Below are positions 39,101 through 47,628 of a stretch of DNA of 64,000 nt, piece by piece. A model generated the notes under the pieces. It saw only the letters and a program-made list of their open reading frames with translations, did no database searches and had not been told where the DNA came from. The DNA comes from Bacteroidota bacterium (GTDB lineage Bacteria; Bacteroidota; Bacteroidia; UBA7662; CANHCV01). The translations under genes and the position numbers were made by a program. Every line of letters starts with the position of its first letter. The stretch's first letter is position 1. The DNA lies in assembly GCA_947459245.1 (NCBI GenBank), contig CANHCV010000003.1, positions 8,597 through 72,596 on the forward strand, written 5' to 3'.

Positions 39101-41467
39101 ATTATCGAAAAACGGAAGTGGTAATGAAGGCACACCGTAGGTTGTTACGCAAAACGAATCATTGGAAGAGTTCGGATCGTTCGGGTATTGGGTATAAACG
39201 CAGGTATTGAAACTGAATCGAGGCGCCGTAAAGGTGTCTACAAAAATGGTATCGGAAAGAGAATAAGGCAATAAAGGAGCACGGAAAGTAATGGTTTTGC
39301 TTCCAACTCGGCCCGCAGCTTTGTATCCAACTGGGGTGTTGGTAATCGGAAAGCCGCTATTGTTTCTGAAAACTGCGAAAATACTATCAACCGCTCCTTC
39401 TTTCAATTCACTTCCTGGACGCAAAATGGTGAACACACCCATATCATCAGAAACAGGACGAGTTACAGCAATATCATCAATCGCTACTCCAGCACCGTTC
39501 AACGTTGCGTTGGATTTCAATAAAAATCTCAAACGAACATTTTGCTTGTTATCCAATGGAGTAAGTAAAATCTCACTTTTGATCCAACCGTTGGTCGTTC
39601 CATCAAATCCACCAAAGCTGTACAAATTGAAGTTATTTCGGTTGTACCAATTGTTGGTTGTTCCAATGGCTGTATTATTCAAGTTCAACCAAGGACCGAA
39701 ATTCTCCGAATATTCAATGGTGAATGCATCCCCTAATCCACGTGTTGCGGTAGGATTGGTGTTGTTGTTATTCACATCGCGCCATTGGAAAAAAGATAGG
39801 GTAGCATTGGTAATTCCCAAGAAACTTAAAACGGGAGAAATCAATTCGTAATTGCTTCCGTTTCGGTAGTTCGCAGTGCTATCGGTAATATAAACCAAAT
39901 TTCCACTTCGAGCAGGTCCGTTGATGGGTGATTTTGCTGTTGCGTTGATGCTCGCACGGTGCCATCCCAAATTGGGAGCTGCGAACGACCACTGCGATGC
40001 AGAATCAACATCATCACGGAAGGGGAAACCCAACGCTTGACGAGCAATGAAATACCTCGGGGTATCGCCCGCTGGCACATTCGGCATGTAAGTAAAATAT
40101 CTTCTCGCTGAAGAATCTACAGCATAAGCCCAATACGTTACCGAATCGTTGGCATTGATCCCGGTAATGCAGGCTTCATAAATTTTTCTTCCTACTGGAT
40201 TCAACCCTTTGAACGTCATGTTCAAAGAATCCAATGGACCGTTGTTTTTGCGGTAATACAAGCGAGCAATACGCAATCCGGATGCATCGTCCATGGTTAC
40301 TTCCAAACATGGAGGTCCATTCAAATAAGCATCGCCAGTATACACAGGACCATTGGGATACTGAGTTCCTGGACCTGGCCATTCTACGAAAGGAGCACCA
40401 GAAACCCAGTATTTGTAAAATCCACCAGGAGTTGGAGCATTAACCGCTTCATTTTCACTGAAAGATGAATCTTGTGCCCACAAATAATACTCTACCGTAT
40501 CTCCGTCTTGAACTCGCGGGCGAGCAACTAAACCAGCAAAATTATCGCCGGTAACGCGGGACATGGAAACCGAATCCAAACCGCCACCGTTGATTTTGTA
40601 CAAAACGCGGGCAGCTTTCACTCCCGACTTCAAGGGAATACCACTTCGGTCGGTAATCACTGCTGGAATGTTTTGATCGATTCCAAATTGAGCACCGGTT
40701 AAAGGAAGGTGGCTGATAACCGGAGGAATAATTTCAGATAAAGAGAAGGTAACATGAACAGAATCGATCAACCATCCATAATCTGGATTGGGATTGGAAA
40801 CGTCGGATACCAAGCCAAAACGAAACTTCACGTTGTAGGCATTTGCTGCCAAACCGGAAATGTCAAACTTTTCTCTTTTGTACCAAGAAATTTGAGGATT
40901 TACGGTAACACCTGGACGCCAAACGGTTGGATATGAGGCCGAATTCACAAAATTATCGCCATTTTTGAAGGTAACCATATCATCACCATCCAAAACGTAT
41001 TGTGTATTTCCTTCAAAAATATTCGGCGTTGCAGTATTGTCACACGTAATTTTTACCCAAGGACCTCCATTGGTTGAAATTTCAATGAAACCGGTATCGA
41101 AGGGAGAAATTTTACAAATGTGCGCAAAATTCAAAAAGACTTCTTGGTTACCGTAAGTACAGAAAGTATCCGACTCGTAATAAACCTTGCCTTGAATCCC
41201 GGAAGCAGTATTGTACGTTACTTTTCCAAGAATCGCACGTCGGCCTTGAAAGGCATAGGTTGAATCAAGAATCCATTTGTTCTCAGCTGGAAGGCCAGAA
41301 CCAAGGTTCACACGGAACTTTTGTGCGCCTTCAAAATCATCAAAAAACTTGGAACAAACTTGTGTTCGAGGACAAGTAAAACATTGTGGATTGTGGAATT
41401 GCGCTTGCGAAACGGCAAAAAATCCAAATAAAAATAGGAAGGTAAGAAGTTGCTTCTTCATAGCCAT
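36104..41467 (-). CDS. giant T9SS-secreted surface protein, 1787 aa, with repeated beta-sandwich (MAM / choice-of-anchor-J-like) modules
   Basis: Signal [23 protein letters not shown]. At least 4 modules end in NGW(I/V)K...(V/I)RFRF-type strands. C-terminal tail [14 protein letters not shown]...[22 protein letters not shown]. Confidence 0.85.
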   Translation of the reverse strand: MAMKKQLLTFLFLFGFFAVSQAQFHNPQCFTCPRTQVCSKFFDDFEGAQKFRVNLGSGLPAENKWILDSTYAFQGRRAILGKVTYNTASGIQGKVYYESDTFCTYGNQEVFLNFAHICKISPFDTGFIEISTNGGPWVKITCDNTATPNIFEGNTQYVLDGDDMVTFKNGDNFVNSASYPTVWRPGVTVNPQISWYKREKFDISGLAANAYNVKFRFGLVSDVSNPNPDYGWLIDSVHVTFSLSEIIPPVISHLPLTGAQFGIDQNIPAVITDRSGIPLKSGVKAARVLYKINGGGLDSVSMSRVTGDNFAGLVARPRVQDGDTVEYYLWAQDSSFSENEAVNAPTPGGFYKYWVSGAPFVEWPGPGTQYPNGPVYTGDAYLNGPPCLEVTMDDASGLRIARLYYRKNNGPLDSLNMTFKGLNPVGRKIYEACITGINANDSVTYWAYAVDSSARRYFTYMPNVPAGDTPRYFIARQALGFPFRDDVDSASQWSFAAPNLGWHRASINATAKSPINGPARSGNLVYITDSTANYRNGSNYELISPVLSFLGITNATLSFFQWRDVNNNNTNPTATRGLGDAFTIEYSENFGPWLNLNNTAIGTTNNWYNRNNFNLYSFGGFDGTTNGWIKSEILLTPLDNKQNVRLRFLLKSNATLNGAGVAIDDIAVTRPVSDDMGVFTILRPGSELKEGAVDSIFAVFRNNSGFPITNTPVGYKAAGRVGSKTITFRAPLLPYSLSDTIFVDTFTAPRFSFNTCVYTQYPNDPNSSNDSFCVTTYGVPSLPLPFFDNFDTVTNMFVSRTENSIAPQWQLGTPVKANLNSSFTAPNCWVTQTANAYSPNAVSTVYSPYFDFSTAVNTKISFFQNRAMGSNGAVRLQYTLNNGLNWFNLGTTGVVPPNGQFWYNAVQSGEAAWTGNSGGWVKSELRLPSIFDYQTAPVRFRFILVASSAGGQGFAFDNFSVQLPPAKDAGVISILSPAAAPTAQPTNVTIQVQVKNFGRDTLYQVPINYVRRSGPKWLATNYVKPNDTLAPGAIGIYDVTGFTSLDSFFGVYSLCLFTDVPNDGDLSNDTVCRSIREIYRREAQFLNLVSPVYGLCTPAFNQTDVCVRVRNNGHANLDSLTIFWPNGAAMDSFVIPATGANMNLATGRDTVICVPGKFVRIAPGPNNFYLNLGQLHDGIPTNNSLGNITITGTPMVVPDTSWTFDGSNPKRDICQDTVGGSASPSLPASAVGFNGTDGLEYSAATTSPAWTNVTNANVWGNTNMAYRSKDAILVDTRGKTNVHIKFRLHQVCTGTGTLRGQAAFRITANGVQASQTYLCYNDPNMNNLIDVDLSPYYQLGKPMVIGLESKNSPPTFSGTAGTRIDDITVYNELKHSAKANAVITIPPLLKVGDNDSLKINIKNTGVLPLTKVQSGARINGTTWPNQSITGLSIQPGDSFDYVYPFVFQPIAGLNDICVWTLLPNDSIDQNRFDDTLCYTPTAFDTINNLLSTPYCNDFDSGKPKWVTLNAKTYQPINNDWQEGAPSKNFLDAAFNGTNAWVTELDTLYSKNTSSALFTPIFGILPGRCYDMTFMHKFDMDTTGDGGTLEFTVDNGTKWEQFGAIGSGWFNQYYIPSLWDFSTSPNLFGGGWTGKSNGWVRGKNTFSLDSTKFTLPNYSVIFRFRFSSDFTIDKEGWAIDSFCLSYSGSACKPTSVRNLKGESWVVNQIYPNPTSDRATWSFALPFAGRVVYQIQDLTGKVIEVKDLGVLTAGQNQIDLNTTQIPAGAYFITLQYQGLKTTQKLMIAK

Positions 41468-41513
41468 GGTTGGAGGTTAGGATTGGCTAAAATAACCAAT
41501 AAAATTCAGAAAA

Positions 41514-43493
41514 TCAAAAACTCAATAAATTTTCAACCGCTGAAATCAATTTTTTCTTCGGTAAAAAATTCTCTTCAAGTGAAATGGCGAACGGTATGGG
41601 CGTGTCCAAAGCTCCTAAACGAGCAACGGGAGCGTCAAGGTTTTTGAAACAACCTTCACCGATCTCGGCGGCAATTTCAGATGCAATGGACCCCGTTAAA
41701 GAATCCTCGGTAAGCACCAAAACTTTCCCTGTTTTCCGAACCGATTCGAACACCGTTTCTTTGTCCCACGGCATCAAACTGCGCAGGTCGATCAATTCAA
41801 CCTCGCCTGAAAAGGCGCCTGATTGAATCAAATCTTGCATCCAAACCACCGGGGCGCCGTACGTAACTACCGTAACATCTTGCCCTTCGGTCACCACCCT
41901 GGCTTTCCCGATTGGCACGTTGAAATATCCTTCAGGAACATCTCCTTCAATGCTGCGGTACAACGCTTTATGTTCGAAAAACATGACCGGATTCGGATCA
42001 TCGAAAGCCGAAATCAACAACCCCTTTGCATCCGCAGGGGTGGATGGATAAACCACTTTCAATCCAGGAGTATGGAAAAACCAGGCTTCATTGCTTTGGC
42101 TATGAAATGGCCCCGCTCCTACTCCTGCTCCCGTTGGCATCCGCACCACTACATCGGCGTTTTGTCCCCAACGGTAATGCATCTTTGCCAAATTATTTAC
42201 AATCTGATTAAATCCACTCGTCACAAAATCGGCAAATTGCATTTCCACCATGGCTTTGTGCTTCTTAATGGATAAACCCAATGCAGCTCCAAGGATGGCG
42301 CTTTCGCAAAGCGGCGTATTCCTCACTCGGTCCTTCCCGAATTTTTCGACAAATCCTTGGGTAATTTTAAAAACGCCACCGTATTCGGCAATATCCTGAC
42401 CCATCAATACCAAATTGGAATGCTTTTCCATGGCTTGATCCAAACCATCGGTAATGGCATCGCAAAAGCGCATCGATTTGGTGGTGGAACTTGGGGCAAC
42501 GGAGGTAAAATTCTCCGGTGCATAAACATCTTGAAGTTCTTCCTCTGAATTAGGAACCACTTCCGGCAATCCGAAAGCATAATCAATGGCCGATAAAATT
42601 TCTTCCGAGATTCCTTTTCGGTAAACGTCCACCATATCCTGGGAAAGTACTCCTTCTTCTATGAGGAATTTTTGATAATTTTCTAATGGATCTTTCTTTC
42701 CCCAAAGGTCAAACAATTCTTGAGGAACATATTTGGTACCGCTGGCCTCTTCGTGCCCACGCATGCGAAACGTGATGCATTCCAAAAGAATGGGATGCGG
42801 ATTTTCCCGCATTTCTTCGGACAGTTGTTTTACGGTTTGATAAACCTCCAACAAATTATTTCCATCAACTTGAACGGCTCGCATTCCGTATCCAATTCCT
42901 TTATCGATGAATTGCTGGAAGGCGAACTGCTCGTCGCTTGGGGTACTTAAACCGTATCCGTTGTTTTCAACCAAAAAGATCACCGGTAACTTCCAAACGG
43001 CTGCAACGTTCAACGCTTCGTGAAAATCGCCTTCGCTGGAACCACCATCGCCGGTGTACACCAATGAAATCTTCTTTTCTCCTTTTATTTTATGTGCCAA
43101 AGCAACGCCATCGGCCAATGCCATTTGCGGACCCAAGTGAGAGATCATCCCCACCACATGGTGCTCGTTGGTTCCGAAGTGGAAAGAACGTTCCCTTCCC
43201 TTGGAATACCCCTCTTTCTTTCCTTGCCATTGCGCAATGAGTTTCCCCAACGGAAGTTGGCGGCATGTGAAAACGCCCAAATTGCGGTGCATGGGGAAAA
43301 TGTATTCGTCCTCGTGCAAAGCCAAGGTCGACCCCACCGCAATCGCCTCTTGTCCGATGCCTGAAAACCATTTGGAAACACGCCCCTGACGCAATAAATT
43401 GAGCATTTTTTCCTCAATCATGCGGGGTTTTAAAATGGATTGATACAAGTGAAGAAGTTCCTCGTTCGTGAGGTTATTGCGTTCGAATTGCAT
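41514..43493 (-). CDS. 2-oxoacid dehydrogenase E1 component, fused alpha/beta subunits (TPP-dependent)
   Basis: Alpha half: YTGDGGSSEGDFHEALNVAAVWKLPVIFLVENNGYG. Beta half: MGQDIAEYGGVFKITQGF...NTPLCESAILG. 659 aa. Confidence 0.9.
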   Translation of the reverse strand: MQFERNNLTNEELLHLYQSILKPRMIEEKMLNLLRQGRVSKWFSGIGQEAIAVGSTLALHEDEYIFPMHRNLGVFTCRQLPLGKLIAQWQGKKEGYSKGRERSFHFGTNEHHVVGMISHLGPQMALADGVALAHKIKGEKKISLVYTGDGGSSEGDFHEALNVAAVWKLPVIFLVENNGYGLSTPSDEQFAFQQFIDKGIGYGMRAVQVDGNNLLEVYQTVKQLSEEMRENPHPILLECITFRMRGHEEASGTKYVPQELFDLWGKKDPLENYQKFLIEEGVLSQDMVDVYRKGISEEILSAIDYAFGLPEVVPNSEEELQDVYAPENFTSVAPSSTTKSMRFCDAITDGLDQAMEKHSNLVLMGQDIAEYGGVFKITQGFVEKFGKDRVRNTPLCESAILGAALGLSIKKHKAMVEMQFADFVTSGFNQIVNNLAKMHYRWGQNADVVVRMPTGAGVGAGPFHSQSNEAWFFHTPGLKVVYPSTPADAKGLLISAFDDPNPVMFFEHKALYRSIEGDVPEGYFNVPIGKARVVTEGQDVTVVTYGAPVVWMQDLIQSGAFSGEVELIDLRSLMPWDKETVFESVRKTGKVLVLTEDSLTGSIASEIAAEIGEGCFKNLDAPVARLGALDTPIPFAISLEENFLPKKKLISAVENLLSF

Positions 43494-43510
43494 GCCGAAT
43501 TATTTTCGAG

Positions 43511-43518
43511 CAAAGATA
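43511..43518 (-). promoter_or_regulatory. candidate -7 box (TAtcTTTG)
   Basis: The minus strand reads TATCTTTG, 17 nt upstream of the ATG at 43493. Confidence 0.35.
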
Positions 43519-43565
43519 GAAGTAAAAGAAAAGGAAACGGAAAATTAATCCTTAAAATTAGCAGC

Positions 43566-44279
43566 TCATTTGGCTTTCTTTGCCACAATAATCAGGTTGG
43601 GCGTCCAGATCTTTCCGGTTGAACCTACCCCGTAAGCCAAATGGGTGAGTTTTAATATCAGTTCGATGATGCCGCGCAAGGGAATGGATAAAAAACGTTT
43701 CCAACCGCGCGCCATGGAAAAACTTCCCAATACCACAACATCTTGAAATCCGCAACTTTGGAAGAGCTGCCTAGCGGAAGCCGCATTCAAAAACAATTCG
43801 TGGGTAACATCGCTCCACAAATACGAACCACCCACAGCAGCGTCGGCGTTAGGCACCCGAATCACCAACTTTCCTCCGGCATTGATTCTGCCACGAATTT
43901 GTTTCAACAAGGCAACCGCTTCGTCTTTTGTGAGATGCTCCAAAACATCAATGGCCAGCATGGCATCCCAATTTTCAGTTGATTCCACGAACGATTGCGC
44001 ATCTTGCAAAACCACCTGAAATCCTTCTTTTTGGGCGAGTTCTACTTGTTCCTCGCTCAAATCGCACCCCGTTAAATGCTGAAAACCGTTCTTCTTTAAA
44101 AATCGCAACAAATTCCCGTGTCCGCACCCCAACTCCCCGATGTTTTTATGTTCAAACCCGGTCAGGTGCGGCAAAATCTCTTTGGAAAATACACGATGGG
44201 TCCATGCTTCATCGGCCACGGTAGCCCGAATTTGAGTCGAAAAGTAATTGGAATAAAGGGTTTCGCGGTAATTGTTCAT
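43566..44279 (-). CDS. class I SAM-dependent methyltransferase
   Basis: Start at MNNYRETLYSNYF (ATGA overlap with the flippase stop). Motif I IGELGCGHGNLLRFLKKNGFQHLTGCDLS. Confidence 0.8.
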   Translation of the reverse strand: MNNYRETLYSNYFSTQIRATVADEAWTHRVFSKEILPHLTGFEHKNIGELGCGHGNLLRFLKKNGFQHLTGCDLSEEQVELAQKEGFQVVLQDAQSFVESTENWDAMLAIDVLEHLTKDEAVALLKQIRGRINAGGKLVIRVPNADAAVGGSYLWSDVTHELFLNAASARQLFQSCGFQDVVVLGSFSMARGWKRFLSIPLRGIIELILKLTHLAYGVGSTGKIWTPNLIIVAKKAK

Positions 44280-45718
44280 GCCGATTTTTTCAAAAATAAA
44301 GAAAAGGTTCGAAGATCCAATAACCTCAACATTACAGCGCTCAAGCCTAACATCAAGAACCAAACCCACAAACCCAATTCAAAAACCAGCGGATCCCAAT
44401 ACAAGAAGGCAAGCAGCAACGAGAGAAATATTCCAATTCTCCAGCCTTTTTTCAACAGTTCCTTTTTAAGTCCCGACTTTTTTAATACGCCCCAAAAACA
44501 ACCGATCGCCATGCAACCATGCCCAACTGCGGTTGCCCAAGCGGCTCCCAGGGCACCGTGGGTTGGAATAAGGATTACGTGAAAAAGGAGTGCCAGCACT
44601 GCAGATCCTAAAGCCCAAAAGATCAACCATTTCAATTCACCCATCGCGGTTAATGTTGCTCCATACAAGAGAACAACCGAGTGAAAGAAAAAGACCAAAC
44701 CCACCATGGGAAACAACGCTTGAATTAAATCTGAAGGCAGTGCATCTCCTTGGTAAACAACATCAAAAATTGGTTGGGGATAAGAGAAAAGTGCTCCAAC
44801 CACCCCAATAGCTGGAAGTAAGATCCACGATGCTCCGGTTTGCAAAACATCAGCAATGGAAAGGCCAGAACCTAAATGACGGGCAACGAGGGGAGTAAGG
44901 ACCCCGGCAATAAGGGTAGGAAAGATGATGCCGGCCTCGTACAACCTAAAAAAAGCAGCATAGGCGCCGGCTTCTTTCGGCAATTGGAATACCCGATCCA
45001 ACATGATTCCATCCAATCGGGCATAGAGCGACATGGCCATGACCATCACAAAAAACGGAAACGAGGATCGGAGGATTTCTTTAAAAATACCGGGATTGGA
45101 GCTGAAACTCCAACGGAATTGAAATCGGCGTAAGAGAAGAAACACCAAAAAAGCGCTGAGCGCGTAAGATGCCGCTTGAATCCACGCAAACGTCGACGCG
45201 CTGATTCGGTGATCCCACAAAAGCCAACCCACACCAAACATGGCCAATAAACGATCCAAAACCGAAAAGAAAGCATCCCAACCAAACTTTTGAATTCCCG
45301 AAAGCACCGAACGAAAAAACGATAACCAATGGCTGAACCACTGCAACATCATGCCGCCCCAAAAGAGCAGCAATGCATCTCCTTTCAAGGAAGTAAGCAA
45401 CGACAAACACAATCCCAAACCCAGGAACATCAAGGAGAAGAATCCTTTTAAAGTGAAGATGGCTTGTTGGTATTTTCTTTGTTTCGCTTCGTCGAAAGCC
45501 AACGCCCGGTTGTTCCAGTAACTCATCCCAAAATCGAGAACGATGGAAGCCAAAAAAGCTACGTTGAAGGCCGAAAAGTAGGTTCCATAATCGGCATTGC
45601 CCAAGGTAGCTTGTACTTTTCGGTCGAAAAGGAAAAGCCAAATGGGTTTCACCAACAGATTGAGGATAACCGTTAAACCGGCAAATTTGACCAACGTCTT
45701 TTTTCCTTCCAAAACCAA
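44276..45718 (-). CDS. oligosaccharide/polysaccharide flippase (MOP/Wzx-like) family membrane protein
   Basis: 480 aa with roughly 12-14 hydrophobic segments. The N-terminus KFAGLTVILNLLVKPIWLFLFDRKVQATLGNADYGTYFSAFN is typical of Wzx-type proteins. Confidence 0.7.
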   Translation of the reverse strand: MVLEGKKTLVKFAGLTVILNLLVKPIWLFLFDRKVQATLGNADYGTYFSAFNVAFLASIVLDFGMSYWNNRALAFDEAKQRKYQQAIFTLKGFFSLMFLGLGLCLSLLTSLKGDALLLFWGGMMLQWFSHWLSFFRSVLSGIQKFGWDAFFSVLDRLLAMFGVGWLLWDHRISASTFAWIQAASYALSAFLVFLLLRRFQFRWSFSSNPGIFKEILRSSFPFFVMVMAMSLYARLDGIMLDRVFQLPKEAGAYAAFFRLYEAGIIFPTLIAGVLTPLVARHLGSGLSIADVLQTGASWILLPAIGVVGALFSYPQPIFDVVYQGDALPSDLIQALFPMVGLVFFFHSVVLLYGATLTAMGELKWLIFWALGSAVLALLFHVILIPTHGALGAAWATAVGHGCMAIGCFWGVLKKSGLKKELLKKGWRIGIFLSLLLAFLYWDPLVFELGLWVWFLMLGLSAVMLRLLDLRTFSLFLKKSA

Positions 45719-45757
45719 TAATTAGGATTCAAAGATAGGAAAAATCGGGCGAAGGGC

Positions 45758-46417
45758 TTAATCCCAATACTCCACCAACAGAACTTCGCCCGATTGGTAG
45801 GAGATCTCCACCCAACCCGTTTCGGCCACCCGATTGCTGCTGCCCGTTCGCAAACCCAACTTTAAATCGATGTTTTCTACCGCCCAAACCAAGTTGGTGG
45901 CCGAAAGTCCGGAAACCTCCGGAAACGGCATCAAACCCAAGCCAACTCCTTTTTCGTAATACTTCTTGAAGGGCTGTGGAACCGGGTACAACCGATCGTG
46001 TGTGCCAATCCATTGCCAATTGATGTGGGGAATGTACTTCATGCACACACTCAAATTTTCTAACCAATGGTCGGAGCGATCGCCGGAGGCACCCAAAATA
46101 TGACAAGCCGAATGCCCATCCTTCACTAAAAATTGCAATCCTTTTTCTAAATCGTTGCAATCTTGGTCTTCCAATTTCATGATGCGAACATCGGGCTGAA
46201 GCTGCAACAACTCGCTGATTTCCGTTTCCGAGTCGAAATCGCCGATCACCCAATCGACTTTTATTCCTTGCTCCATGATTCGGCGAGCGGCTCCATCCAA
46301 GGCCACCACCGTTGGGCTCCATTCCAACAATTCAAACAGGGAATTCCAAGCAATGATTCCATCGGCAATCAAGAGTGCCGGTTCTTGTTTTTCTCTTACG
46401 GTGTGGTGGGATGACAT
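45758..46417 (-). CDS. thiN: thiamine diphosphokinase
   Basis: Motifs VALDGAARRI...DWVIGDFDS, DQDCNDLEK and GASGDRSDH match the TPK catalytic domain. Confidence 0.8.
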   Translation of the reverse strand: MSSHHTVREKQEPALLIADGIIAWNSLFELLEWSPTVVALDGAARRIMEQGIKVDWVIGDFDSETEISELLQLQPDVRIMKLEDQDCNDLEKGLQFLVKDGHSACHILGASGDRSDHWLENLSVCMKYIPHINWQWIGTHDRLYPVPQPFKKYYEKGVGLGLMPFPEVSGLSATNLVWAVENIDLKLGLRTGSSNRVAETGWVEISYQSGEVLLVEYWD

Positions 46418-47499
46418 GACTCTAAAATAATCTTCAATTGCTTTCGGTTCAATTTTCCTTGTTCATTCAAAGGGAAATTTTTCACGACGTAACTTTTCTT
46501 CAAGTTGTGGTAGGTTGGCAAGCCAACATTCACATCTTTCAATTTAACGGCGAGTTTTTGTTGGCTAACGAAAACCAAGGCCTCTCCCAAAGAATCATCT
46601 TTTACCGAGGAAACGGCAAATTCAAAGGAAGGAATACTTCTTTTTTCAAGATTGGCAAGAATCATCTTTTCCACTTGAACCGGTGAAATTTTCACTCCTC
46701 CAGAATTAATTTGATCGTCGATTCTTCCTAAAAAAGTAAGGAGATTTGATTTCAATTCCACCAAATCGTTGGTAGAAAGCCATTTGTTTTCGGTAATGGC
46801 ACCCCGAACTTGCAAACATCCCTCCTCGTTGGTTCGAGCTTCGATTCCGGGCAACAATTGAAAACCTTTAGATAGATTAGAAAGTGATTGAAGAGCAATG
46901 TGGGAAGATGTTTCGGTCATCCCAAATCCCATCCACATTTTCTCGGCAGGGAGTTGGGCAAACATCGTTTGTTGGGACTCAGAAAGTCCGGTTCCTCCCA
47001 AAAGAATGTGTTGAAAGGACGAAGTCCAAGTGCTGCCCAGTTGTTGGGTTAATTTCTCTGCCTGAAGCGGAGCCATGGCCACAAAATGATATTGATGGTT
47101 GATGGGGAAGAGTTCCGACAAATTTTGAGGCGCCACGGCATCCAAATGCAAACCGCCTTCCATGGCTCGAACCAGCATCATGGCACCACCGATGTATTGG
47201 GGATGGATGCACAGCAAAGCTCGGCTTCCGGCTTCCAGTTGAAAAAACGAAATGGTTTGCCGAGCCGAAGCCCGCATCACGTCTTTGGATAATTCGATTC
47301 GTTTGGGTTCTCCCGTGGTTCCTGAGGTAAAAAACTCCATGGTGGGGGCTTCGGAATACCACCGATTTAAGAACGCAAATAAGGCCACCTCCCAACTTTC
47401 ATCGGAAGTGGGAGTTGCTTTGGTGGCCATTTCAGGAGAAATTAAGCGACCGTTAAGAAAAATAGGGGGGAATAATTTCCAACTTCCGAATCCGTGCAT
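46396..47499 (-). CDS. AMP-binding (adenylate-forming) enzyme, probably short-form o-succinylbenzoate-CoA ligase
   Basis: FFTSGTTGEPKRIELSK (A3 motif), GFGMTET, and GRIDDQINSGGVKISP. The start at MHGFGSWKLF (47499) is uncertain; the ORF is open back to 47580. Confidence 0.7.
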   Translation of the reverse strand: MHGFGSWKLFPPIFLNGRLISPEMATKATPTSDESWEVALFAFLNRWYSEAPTMEFFTSGTTGEPKRIELSKDVMRASARQTISFFQLEAGSRALLCIHPQYIGGAMMLVRAMEGGLHLDAVAPQNLSELFPINHQYHFVAMAPLQAEKLTQQLGSTWTSSFQHILLGGTGLSESQQTMFAQLPAEKMWMGFGMTETSSHIALQSLSNLSKGFQLLPGIEARTNEEGCLQVRGAITENKWLSTNDLVELKSNLLTFLGRIDDQINSGGVKISPVQVEKMILANLEKRSIPSFEFAVSSVKDDSLGEALVFVSQQKLAVKLKDVNVGLPTYHNLKKSYVVKNFPLNEQGKLNRKQLKIILESCHPTTP

Positions 47500-47597
47500 C
47501 GTACAAAGTTCGCTGATTTTAAGCGTTATCGGGTAACAAAGAAAATTGGGTTTCTGTTTTTGGTTCAAACGTATTCCCAAGCCGCAACAAATTTTTG

Positions 47598-47605
47598 TAA
47601 CTTTG
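47598..47605 (+). promoter_or_regulatory. candidate -7 box (TAacTTTG) for pheT
   Basis: TAACTTTG lies 23 nt upstream of the ATG at 47629. Confidence 0.35.
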
Positions 47606-47628
47606 CTTTCTTAAAGGATTGTGCGTTC

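Noticed and set aside
39291-39851. 186-aa plus-strand ORF inside the 1787-aa T9SS gene
   Set aside because: It is an antisense shadow ORF. The minus-strand frame is open for 5.4 kb and has signal peptide, repeated domains and a T9SS tail.
43494-45757. A TPP riboswitch upstream of the TPP-dependent E1 gene or the thiamine diphosphokinase gene
   Set aside because: The available leaders are 72 nt and 39 nt. I could not find the conserved CUGAGA / ACCUGA elements of the THI box.
45081-46322. 186-aa and 197-aa minus-strand ORFs in alternative frames of the flippase and thiamine diphosphokinase genes
   Set aside because: They are same-strand, out-of-frame overlaps with genes that carry family motifs. 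The translations are Arg/Gly/Ser-rich and lack motifs.
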